Source: an uncultured virus (IMG/VR IMGVR_UViG_3300006802_000088)
Lineage: Duplodnaviria; Heunggongvirae; Uroviricota; Caudoviricetes
Virus record (IMG/VR): IMGVR_UViG_3300006802_000088
DNA length: 64,000 nt
Strand: one strand, 5' to 3'
This document shows positions 38,801 to 47,000 of this stretch, piece after piece. The position numbers were made by a program, and so were the translations under genes. How positions within the stretch are numbered: position 1 is the first letter of the stretch; every line of letters starts with the position of its first letter. Under the pieces are notes generated by a model, which was not told where the DNA came from, did not search any database, and worked only from the letters and a program-made list of their open reading frames with translations.

Positions 38801-41800
38801 AGAAGAGCAAAGAGTTTCTCAACTTGAAAGCGCTATTAAAGAAATAGGTGCAAAGATTACCGAAGCCGAATCTGATAGGGCTTACTACAGTCCATCAAAA
38901 GATGAAATAGTTCTACCAAAATTTGAAAATTTTAAATCTCCTTTGGATTTTTACGCGACTCAAGCTCACGAATTAATGCACTGGACCGGACACACATCAC
39001 GTCTAAATAGACCAAACATGAATTATTTTGGTAGTCCAGAATACGCATACGAAGAATTGGTAGCAGAAATTGCTTCTGCTTTCTTTATGGCAGCACATGG
39101 TCTCTCCGCGGAGCCGCAGCCACAGCATGCGATGTATCTTGCTTCATGGCTTAAGCGACTCAAATCAGACCCTGATGCTCTGCAAAAAGCAGTTTCCGAT
39201 GCACAAAAAGCTGTAAATTTCGCCATCAAACTGTCCCCGAGCATGAGTAAACAAATGGCCGTATCAGAAAACGTAGATGACGTGCCTGGGATAACGGTCC
39301 CCGACACTGGCGGCAAGTTGTCGTCGGGTAAAACTCCTGATTTACCTGCTCTTACTAGGGCGCTCGAAAACGCAGGGCTTGCTGAATCAGTAACCGAAAA
39401 TATGATTACTGAAGCTATTAGTGTATGGAAGGACAACCCTTCGCTACATAGGCAATATATTGAGCGTCTTGACGGAGATGTTAATGGCGCAGTGTTCTCT
39501 CTCTATAACGATTATCTCGAAGATATGTTTGACCGCTCTCCAGAGGGAGCCGCAAAAATAGAACGCGAGCTTGATGAACAATATGAAGCAACACAAAGCC
39601 TTTCGTCAGGCAGACCATCAAAAAGACTTTCGCGTCGACTAAAAGATGATGAATCATCAAAACTTTCATCTGGCAAGCAACCATGGGATGACCCCGCTGT
39701 ACAGAAAAGATTAATAGACGGTGCAAGAACAAAAAAGAAAACCAAAGCCGATGGTAAAACCGAAAGTTACATGGCAAGCATGGTTAGACAATTTGACGCA
39801 GGGAAAAAACTGACAGACAATCAGTGGAAACCTCTGTGGGAAAGCTTCGGCGGCGAAACCTCGGCCACGAAACCAAGCACACCGTCGACTGCATCAACAA
39901 GTAAAGCCCTTAAGCCATTTAGCGGCCTTAAGCGTAAAGAAATAGACCTGTCTGATGTTAAAAAATATGATTACCCAACGACTGATGCTAAAGGAAAGAA
40001 AAAACCACTTCCGACAGAAGAGCAATCAGATGCGATAGATGCAATGATGACCGGCAGTGACGTTAAGGTTGCCGCATTAGCCGCAACCGGTAAAACTACT
40101 ACGGTAATCAATTTTGCAAATCGACTTCTAGATGAAGAACCTGAATCAAGAATTCTTTATTTAGTATTTAATAAAAATGCTGAAAGAGACGTTGTAAAAC
40201 GTGGCATGCCAGAAAACGTAACAGTCAGAACAATGGACGCAGTTGCCTTCCGCGCCATGAAAACAATTGATTCGAAAATGACTGACAAAAGTTTTAATCC
40301 ATCAATAAAACCAATCAAGTCTTTCCGAGATAGAGCGGCATATCTTGGTGTCAAGAGAATGGTGTCTCGGGGAGACGAGCTAACATCTGCCGATGTTGTG
40401 AAAAGAATAGCAAAAGCCGTAGAACATTTTTCGATTAGTAGCGATACGGAAATCGGACCAAAACATTTTAATGGAAAATTTAATGGAAAGCTTGCTGTCG
40501 ACGATGATGCAATACTCCCGGAATTAGTGGCACTTGCCAACAAGTACTGGAAAGATATTAAAACTCCACGAGATGGAGTTGCTGGAATGTTGCCAGTCAA
40601 TAACACACATATTACAAAAATGTGGGCTTTATCAAAGCCAGACATAGGTTCATCAATGGGTGTAAATATCGCAATGGTCGATGAGGCGCAAGATATGAAC
40701 CCGGTTTTTGCTGAAATTTTACAAAAAGCAAATAAGGTGCAAAGAATATATATAGGCGATACAAACCAGGCCATAAATGCTTGGCGCGGCGCGGATGGAC
40801 AGACTCTTGTCGACGCTTCAGCTAAATACACAATGCCAATAACTGATTCGTTTAGATTTGGTAAAAATATTGCAGGCATAGGCAATAGATTTCTTTCGCT
40901 ACTTGGAGCTAAGGAAAAAATGAATGGTCGGAAAGTGGATAAATCCGGCAACCCGGTAGATGGGCTTATTGGGAACGTAGAAAATCCAACAATGATTCTT
41001 ACTCGCTCAAATGGTGGAGCGATGGCCGCAACGATGAAGAGTTTTGAAAAAGGCCTAACCGTCTATGGCAGCAAAAACTTCAAAGAAGATTTAACAAAAT
41101 TTATTGACAATGTTGAATACATGGAAACATCCGCTAATGGCAAAAAAGGTTATTACACCAGCGCTGATGGTAGAAAAATCTATGAAAGACCATCAATGAG
41201 TCAAGACCTTGATGGCATCAGCAATATTAAAGAATTTAAAGAAGCAGTGGAAAAGGGTGATGATAATAGGCTAAATATGCTTAACAAGCTGTTGAGCGAA
41301 CATGGCGTTGAAGAACTTCGAGATGCCCTTGGCAGAATCATAACCGATGAAAAAAAATTACCCAAAAACCGTGATGAATATGTTCACATACAGACAGCAC
41401 ATACGTCTAAGGGTCTAGAGTCGCCCAGAGTCCAAATATGGAGCGATTTTGCTAAACCCAAAAAAGCTACCGATGGCACAAACATCACAATAATGCCCAA
41501 CGAGCAAGAGCTCAGACTTTCTTATGTGGCGGTCACCAGGGCTGAAGAAAAACTAGATTTGGGTTCTTTGTCGTGGATTTATAATCATACGAGCGACGAG
41601 GATGGCGCATCGAACAAACTCAGTTCCGGCGCAAACTTGTTGATGCCGAGACTTTCTGGAACACTTTCGAACGCCATAATTAATTCAACACCGGCGGCTC
41701 GTAAAATGAGGAAGGAATGGAAAAAGCGCGAATCAATGTCTGGACACCCATCTAAGAGAAAGGGTATAAAATTAAGTTCCGGAAGATATCTTAATTTTGA

Positions 41801-42200
41801 ACGAATATTGTCTTCGGATGAACTTGATGACAACCTAGAACCAATTAGGGGGCCTTATGGGGACCCATATGACTCAATCCACCGAAAGCAAGTCAGATAT
41901 GCGGTTCGCCGTTTCAAACATACCGAATCCGTTCCAGTCCGTCAGCGTAGTACTGGGTTCCCTACTGGGCGTATGGTTGAAAGAACCAGGACATATTTCT
42001 GGATTGAAGACATGAAGACCAACCAAACCCCAGTATGGGCTTCGGGTATTTTTTACTACAGAAACCATCTAATAGGAAGATTACAATCACACCTAAATTC
42101 GTTGTCGGAAGACGAAAAAGCCGCACTAGTAAAAGAATACGAAAAAAGTGCCAAAACATTTACCCGTCGTACGAAGGATGAATTAAAAATTCCATCCTAA
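32862..42200 (+). CDS. HK97-type prohead protease fused to multidomain cargo (HTH, WYL-like, ArdC-N plus zincin metallopeptidase, UvrD helicase)
   Basis: N-term DSVGD...GAFAKSL...WGHNWNDPIG...EWSIGY...LYEVSPVLHGAN; later WATYKQW...VRAGEKG, HELMHWTG...YAYEELVAE, ATGKT/VDEAQD/GD.NQAI/TAHTSKGLE/YVAVTRA. Confidence 0.9.
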   Translation: MPSMQNAEIQYKASAGTFNLDEAQGIVECFVAGIGNKDSVGDVCATGAFAKSLLRRKPRVVWGHNWNDPIGKVLDIYEVPASDPRLPMKMKMAGIGGLYAKVQFNLQSEKGREAFANVAFFGEEQEWSIGYKTLRAQYDQNMQANILYEVELYEVSPVLHGANQLTGTISVKNDSGKSDTIERAVFASGPMQEAVNVTPIASRENNTEDDLLQKISSELEKRTASKIKIVSLDKNSVVFDRQTSDGLVSKYMCKYHYDGQELMFGQPQRIVIQKPNINPSIVPSQQGKPTMHGRVTKPVPVMPMPVAIKPGENGPISIPLPVVVYEDSSKNKPTTPKPLDNEEQALADALVRITKKYGKFNEDKKGVYAAYTPAAENELINIGVKCSNCIFFKGEGSCKIIDKAVEADGRCRFAVIPPGVVGGSAIDKKEYNDFLDEEEVKWVEDIEEKYPGEFIFGVLRNIIKRRNKKRKKYKELNEFDAEEYAIKEKTLASGKEKFFYIPVDVENAFEVKSLLDAVLDHHRVDSFVDEYGIVLTSGLTAESVDAINIAVKGIGTRIGKRIGSSLIDRPRIGDRRSLGDRRRKLGDGRIDIPTGGMRGTKKPTGNRRDVDGDGWADEGTTNPVWVGLPSGTDKKPTPSGTGKPKKRTPIWEQNRRPSPPVPSRPRELSDDKKPESRRTPPPAPPKPKPTKTPSSPPPPPRKKEKLSSGTKDITRHRSAKKLKNPAEDAKETDFEKIANSWREQGLGWVEIPRYPADKKLSNDFLRGRELGYNQVRVMWNGSGTYKRPANFNEKAKSSVEYRTWFLNTAKTAGEYIKNSRKSSNTSEAEKEINFGIPEGIENFLDAVKPNVSGLSMNDRKEFFGALIQYRLVPERDIFGGDYGLRGAYVYPKAIEPKPSKKLSSGRKVPFPEAKPKRTSKQQRDDEKIYKRRNDGESLADVAESLGLSREEVRKREQRHMRRLRKEEGERLSEDSNRSGETLSSGRREYEDKSKTSVKNMPADVRAFLNQQIESQRKINKNSDVAKLYEKLRDGFELDAKERDFIIDSLDRIEKLSTQDSRVYTPGQRASARRLNALLNKDNPNFRAPKGTELRDLDVPLRMGEGGKLSSGREGRNPFYEGMRGMDFINTMNGTPENLNFEQASRRSDDIGANFRYLRDAKRGDSFEFEYRGKIVEVHPEPGESVYSTMRRHEDGYLYFVGRAKRSINRDTGKEEYNDGVNKDEKPSTFRLDSINGLILGADHADNYYKEGYDPINDRFVDIEEQRIAARKGPKKLSSGRKKKGKITKRKPFSPEDRQRFADGDRLKARTIPGKKKPGPSIDEFRLSSGYGGGSRPARRLAQLNRREVEQIYIQESRGMEEQAKNLLANLKTPSFDESLEKGSKLETIRGNLKKAFTTPALVGSLSDNKNRKKDGPWMLSFEKLRPLLRDSKGEPMSDENIKKMFNLNEDEMKKLLGKNGAISSASVQSYLTAHSDTNLPGESDGLIRKVWGFDSAPYWYDGLEDNKPVSREGYDAAKDESTFLAAIYPLDAPIDFKTSTEIDEDALPKKREIVVAEDVKRSIESVKGKESKEAYSLDKLIEKLNMPADSGKNREEIAKAFEKLLGVPTSAEQLFTSPGSWRRNGVPTNVILELKKRKHITSAADVFGSDEAKNFDKATEQNKFFSALDNLLRANGIQIGGGKGNLSDRVIGEIMGDAIGSKPLAKIGRAFKKAGEERPFTYKVGAAVVWTPEEIQKTLDGINRVTGKDFKVSDLKLSSGKFGKGERKVTPKLSSGRTGAESFSANESINKIDERLRTAKKRGSKVFNEMLRAESKKQSSQKAKPNPLDKMKDGERLSSGKLDEVYKSITQKLIKAIETADGDKWEAPWYKVGAFPKNPTNKNRPYSNTNLLFLLMAQEDKGYTKPYWATYKQWEKSGGQVRAGEKGTKILVPRVYKAKEDDEGNKKGGGVFYSVATVFNVDQVDGVDVEEMENKFPKLSEEQRVSQLESAIKEIGAKITEAESDRAYYSPSKDEIVLPKFENFKSPLDFYATQAHELMHWTGHTSRLNRPNMNYFGSPEYAYEELVAEIASAFFMAAHGLSAEPQPQHAMYLASWLKRLKSDPDALQKAVSDAQKAVNFAIKLSPSMSKQMAVSENVDDVPGITVPDTGGKLSSGKTPDLPALTRALENAGLAESVTENMITEAISVWKDNPSLHRQYIERLDGDVNGAVFSLYNDYLEDMFDRSPEGAAKIERELDEQYEATQSLSSGRPSKRLSRRLKDDESSKLSSGKQPWDDPAVQKRLIDGARTKKKTKADGKTESYMASMVRQFDAGKKLTDNQWKPLWESFGGETSATKPSTPSTASTSKALKPFSGLKRKEIDLSDVKKYDYPTTDAKGKKKPLPTEEQSDAIDAMMTGSDVKVAALAATGKTTTVINFANRLLDEEPESRILYLVFNKNAERDVVKRGMPENVTVRTMDAVAFRAMKTIDSKMTDKSFNPSIKPIKSFRDRAAYLGVKRMVSRGDELTSADVVKRIAKAVEHFSISSDTEIGPKHFNGKFNGKLAVDDDAILPELVALANKYWKDIKTPRDGVAGMLPVNNTHITKMWALSKPDIGSSMGVNIAMVDEAQDMNPVFAEILQKANKVQRIYIGDTNQAINAWRGADGQTLVDASAKYTMPITDSFRFGKNIAGIGNRFLSLLGAKEKMNGRKVDKSGNPVDGLIGNVENPTMILTRSNGGAMAATMKSFEKGLTVYGSKNFKEDLTKFIDNVEYMETSANGKKGYYTSADGRKIYERPSMSQDLDGISNIKEFKEAVEKGDDNRLNMLNKLLSEHGVEELRDALGRIITDEKKLPKNRDEYVHIQTAHTSKGLESPRVQIWSDFAKPKKATDGTNITIMPNEQELRLSYVAVTRAEEKLDLGSLSWIYNHTSDEDGASNKLSSGANLLMPRLSGTLSNAIINSTPAARKMRKEWKKRESMSGHPSKRKGIKLSSGRYLNFERILSSDELDDNLEPIRGPYGDPYDSIHRKQVRYAVRRFKHTESVPVRQRSTGFPTGRMVERTRTYFWIEDMKTNQTPVWASGIFYYRNHLIGRLQSHLNSLSEDEKAALVKEYEKSAKTFTRRTKDELKIPS

Positions 42201-42354
42201 AAACTAGTTGTCAATAGATGTTTGACAATATCTAATTTATTGATACTTCCCGTATGGGCCTTATGGTAGCGTATACTTTTACAAAGACATTTGTAATTAA
42301 TATAACGGCCATTTTCAGGAGTGGCTAAAACAACAAACCCCAGGGAGTCATGAA

Positions 42355-44061
42355 ATGAATAGCGATGAAAAAGCTACGGTCAATATCGATGCCGATGGGG
42401 CTGTCGTAAAATGCGCAAAAGGTCTTGCGTCAGGCGAGTGCGGCTACGTTAAAGGCGCTGAAATATGCGGCAAATGTGGAGCTATGGCTGTTGAAGTCAA
42501 AATGGTTCCAGTAGATATTTTTAACACAAAAGGTGATAAACCGGAAATGGACGAAGAATACATGAAAATGGCAGATGACTCTTATCCAATTGAAAATGAA
42601 GATGACCTCAAAATGGCAATTATGGCTGTCGATGATGCAGAAAACCCTCAGGCTGCAAAAATGCATTGCATGAAGCGTGCACAAGAACTTGGCAAGGAAG
42701 ACATGATTCCTAAATCTTGGATGTCGGAAAAAATGGATGATGAGGAGCACAGCGAAGCGAAGGCTGCTGACATGGGCGATGACGAAGACATGGGCGACGA
42801 CGAAGACATGGATGATGAAGAAGACACGGACGAAGATGAAGACATGGATGAAGACGAAGACATGGATTCGGAAGAGAAAGCTGCATCAACGGACGACGAA
42901 GACGAAGACATGAACGAAGACATGAACGAAGACATGGATGAAGACGAAAATGAAGATGAAGATGAAGATGAAGATGAAGAAGACATGACTGAAGATGAAG
43001 ACATGGATGAAGACGAAGAAAAAAGCATGTACATGCCCTTTAAGGCCAAGAAGCGTAAAAAGGGAATGAATTCAGACATGGACGTTGAGATAGACGAAGA
43101 AGGCGACGCAGGACTTGCAGAAGAAATGGAACCAATGCGTAAGCGTCGAATTGAATCAATGGGTATGAAATCTGAAGATTTCTCAAATAATGGCTACGTT
43201 TGCGCAATTGAGCGCAAAGCCTATGGTGGCGGCGTATCTGTATGTGATGACTGCCCAGGCGGTTGTGTGTCAGAAAAAGGCCTACCTGGCCTTCTTCATA
43301 TTGAAGGACTTGCCGAAGAGATGTTCGATGGCAGCGTTATTGACTCTGGCTACTCTGCGAATGCAGATATGTATGTTGTTGATGTCCAAGTCAAAGATGG
43401 TCGTGCGGTAGAAGTTTTCGTAGACGGCACAACGGCCGAAGTTGTAGGTTGGCATAAACTCGATGAAAACGTATTTGAGTCAAAATCAGCAGACAACGAA
43501 CTTACATTGATTAGCTTCACCGAAGCAGCAGAAATAGCCGTCAAGTCAATTGACGGTCATGTTGTCGCTGTAGAGCCCGACACATTCGAAGGCTACGATG
43601 CGTACGCCGTAGAAATTGATGGTTTTGACGGCAAGTCTTACGACGTGTTTGTTGCCATGGATGGAGAGGTTCTTGGTTACGACAAATATGAGCCAGAAGA
43701 GGCAGAAGAGATTGAGGCAGAGGCTGCAGAGATAGCTCTTAAGAGAGCATTTTCCGAGGACCAGAGAAATTCAATGGCCAAAGAAGGAACTGCTCTTCCA
43801 GATGGTTCATTCCCAATTGCTTCTTCCGAAGACCTTCGTAATGCAATTCAGGCTTTTGGTAGAGCAAAAGACAAGAATGCCGCAAAGCGTCACATAATGA
43901 AGCGCGCAAAAGAAATGAATATGGAAAAATTGATTCCAGCAACTTGGTTGGTGAACGAAAACATTGAAAGCAAAGAAAAATCTGCTGAACAAGTTGAGGG
44001 AGAATTCCTTAAATCATTAGTAGAGTTTCAGCTTCTTGAATTAGAAGAAGACTCAATCTAG
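42355..44061 (+). CDS. Acidic head-associated protein with D/E repeat, duplicated helical module and PepSY-like domains
   Basis: YPI..EDDLKMAI...AKMHCMKRA..LG...IP.SW and ALPDGSFPI..EDLRNAI...AKRHIMKRA...IPATW; ISFTEAAEIA...GHVVAVE...YAVEI...SYDVFVAMDGEVL. Confidence 0.7.
   Translation: MNSDEKATVNIDADGAVVKCAKGLASGECGYVKGAEICGKCGAMAVEVKMVPVDIFNTKGDKPEMDEEYMKMADDSYPIENEDDLKMAIMAVDDAENPQAAKMHCMKRAQELGKEDMIPKSWMSEKMDDEEHSEAKAADMGDDEDMGDDEDMDDEEDTDEDEDMDEDEDMDSEEKAASTDDEDEDMNEDMNEDMDEDENEDEDEDEDEEDMTEDEDMDEDEEKSMYMPFKAKKRKKGMNSDMDVEIDEEGDAGLAEEMEPMRKRRIESMGMKSEDFSNNGYVCAIERKAYGGGVSVCDDCPGGCVSEKGLPGLLHIEGLAEEMFDGSVIDSGYSANADMYVVDVQVKDGRAVEVFVDGTTAEVVGWHKLDENVFESKSADNELTLISFTEAAEIAVKSIDGHVVAVEPDTFEGYDAYAVEIDGFDGKSYDVFVAMDGEVLGYDKYEPEEAEEIEAEAAEIALKRAFSEDQRNSMAKEGTALPDGSFPIASSEDLRNAIQAFGRAKDKNAAKRHIMKRAKEMNMEKLIPATWLVNENIESKEKSAEQVEGEFLKSLVEFQLLELEEDSI
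42770..43020 (+). repeat. Asp/Glu/Met coding tandem repeat (GACGAAGACATG-like)
   Basis: DMGDDEDMGDDEDMDDEED...EDMNEDMNEDMDEDE. Confidence 0.9.
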
Positions 44062-44077
44062 AAAAGGGGCACCCGCC

Positions 44078-47000
44078 ATGACGGGGAAGCCGTTTCGCAA
44101 AACAAGAATAATAATTTCAGACAAATTAATATCTGCTCGCACCGAGATTAAAAATACTGATTCTTCTGCGCATTTTTTTAAAAATGCCGTTTCTGAATCA
44201 ATGAGTTCACCTCGCCTTGACGCCGATTTAGCCATTAAAAGCTTGGGCTCGAGTATTGGTTCAAAGAAAAAGCCAACATACGACAATACGGACAATAAGA
44301 CCCGAACCAATTCAGGCGGCGAACCAGGAATGGTGGTCACCCCTGATGGCTATAGATACCAACCAAAAGAAAAAAATGGTCCAGGCAAAAAACTTGTTTT
44401 GTTTCCTTCGCAAAAAAGTCGAGAGTCAAACGGGAAAACTAGCAATTTCGGCTGGCTTGATAGAGAAAATACAAGCAGCATAAAAAACTATATTCAGCAT
44501 CAAAAAGAACAACCCCAAATAAGAATTAGAAAGTTTAAAGTAAATCCCAAGACGGACGAAATTATTCCTGGTTCAGACATAGAAATGTCTCCGTTCCGCA
44601 AAGATAATAATTCAGAAAACAATATTTCTGAAAAAATGCTTCCAGGAAGAACTCTTGGGTCAAGAGGAACATCACTAATAGGTAGGGCTGCAGGAAAATT
44701 CGGCATAGTAAGGGATGCTTTAAACAAGTTCAGATGCCCGCCAGGAACCCCAGCCGCAAACCAATTTACGGACCACATGGGAAGCAATTGCTTTGGTCAG
44801 TCAGCAGGAGACTTAGTTGACTTTGCGATAGACGCTTTTCAAGCAGCCCGCAAAGCTTTTACTGAACCAAACTCTCGAGAAACATTATCTAAATTTTTTA
44901 AAGAAGCAGCTTATGACGCCGACAATGGAAGATTTGGTTCTTTTTTTGCTCGGACAATGTGGCGCGATGCTGATGGAAACAAAATACGTAATTTACGTAA
45001 ATGGAACTCAGAACTAAGAGAAGGTGAATACAAAATATTTGCGGGAGGCATGGCAAATGCGCAGCTCGAACTTGAAGCTCAAGATAATCGAATAGCGAAT
45101 CTTCGTGACTTGCTGGGAATACCAAGCACCCCAGAAACAAGAAAAAATAACGACGACCTTCATGAAATATTTAGGATTTTAAAAGAGAGAGGAATGCTAA
45201 ACGTAACCCTTGGCAGCCCAAATCCCCAAGAAGAAGGAGAGGGACAACGACCTACCCCTGAGCAGGTAGCTCAAGTGGTTGAAGCAAGACTCAGGGCAGT
45301 ACCGGGATTTAGCGAGCTACCAAGAGAACAGCAAAAAAGAGTCATTGCAAATGATATTGAAAGATTCTACGAAACGGAACGAGCTTTGTTGGAAGGGTTT
45401 CTAGATGAATACGTCAAAAATCCAGAACATATGGGAACTATCAAAAACCTCATTTATGAATACAAGACGTCGCCGCCATTTAAATCGTTAGATGAAGCAA
45501 GCTATGACGCAAATGTCATAAACGGCCAAGCTATTGGTGAAATAAGAATTGATATTCCTTTTATAATGTATTCACAAGAAACAATGCTGCCTCAACTGGC
45601 AGATAATGAAAGACTAAGAATTGATGTTGTTGGCGCAAAAACCGATTCTGAAGCAGCTAAACATCTTGGCGATTTCTTATTAACTACTGCCCAACATTCC
45701 AAGCAACATGCGGCAACGGTCGAAGAAAGAGGGTTTGCACGACACATAATTAAACACGAAATAGCACACTCAATTCAGGCCAGGGCGTTCTTTGATGAAG
45801 CCAAAAGACAAATTAACGAAAATGGTTTCATATCAATTGGGGATAAAAAAATTGAAAGCCTAGATAAATTAACTGGTTCAGATTTGATTAGCCTCATGAG
45901 CCAATCAGCTGATTCCATCAATCTTGAACAACTCAGCAAGGCTTTATCAAGAACAGAAAATATTATGTTCATGGCCGGGGAATACCCTCGAGCCTACATA
46001 AGCGAAGGTCGTGAGCTCACGGCAATTGAAGCAACAGCAGAGCTTTGGGCTCTAAGAAACGCAGGGCTGATTTGGGGCGACGATGTTGATGCCGCTCTTG
46101 AGTGGATGGACAATATAGCTGATGGACGAATCGGAGAAAAAAGGGTTCGCTCCGATATGGAAACAATGAGAATTGTTGAAGATTCATATTATCTAAGCCC
46201 TGGCGAGTCTTCTGCTCCTTGGTACGTACCAGAAGACCCAGTTGCTACAGCTGCGGCGAAAAAACGAGCAGAAAATAAAGCGCTTAAAGCTTCTATTGAA
46301 AAATTAGACCATGACACAATTATTGACGAACTTGCGCAACTCGAATTTAAAAAAGATGAAATTAATTTAAAAATCAATGCTGCAAAAGCCATAGGTGAAG
46401 ACGTTTCTGATTTAGAAAAACAATTATCAGAATTGAAGAGTGATGAAAAAATTATTCGTTCTGTATGGAAAAAGAAATATGGTACCGGCTCCGAAGACGC
46501 TACGGCTCTCAAGCTATTAATTAAAAAAAGAAGAGAAGAACATGGTGCATTTACGCCAGACGTTCTTGAATCAAAAATTCGTGACAAAAAAATAATGGCA
46601 GCAAAAGCCGATGCGGCGACTATAGACAGCTTGGACGAATTGGTGGAAATGATGGCGGCTTATGACTTGGACATAAGACTTGCAACCAGCGATAAAGACA
46701 AAGGATTAAAGCGTGAAGAAAGAAAGGCATACCTTAGTCGATACCGAGCACTCCTTGATAAATCCGGCGACTCTCGTAGTTGGGTTGAGCAAAAGCGTGA
46801 AATGGAAGAAAAAATAGACAGAATTCTTAGGCCTACGAAGACTGCGCCACTCAAAAAACCCAAAACCCCAACAACCGATAAGCAAGCTACAGATGTGGGT
46901 AATAAAGCAAGAGAAGAAGCGCTACGCACAGCTACGCCTAGACAAAGAATTGCGGTTTCAGAATTTTCTGACTCACAAACATCGTCAGTGGCTCAGTTGT

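Noticed and set aside
42770..43020. CRISPR-like or non-coding repeat array
   Set aside because: In-frame low-complexity D/E/M coding repeat with no spacers.
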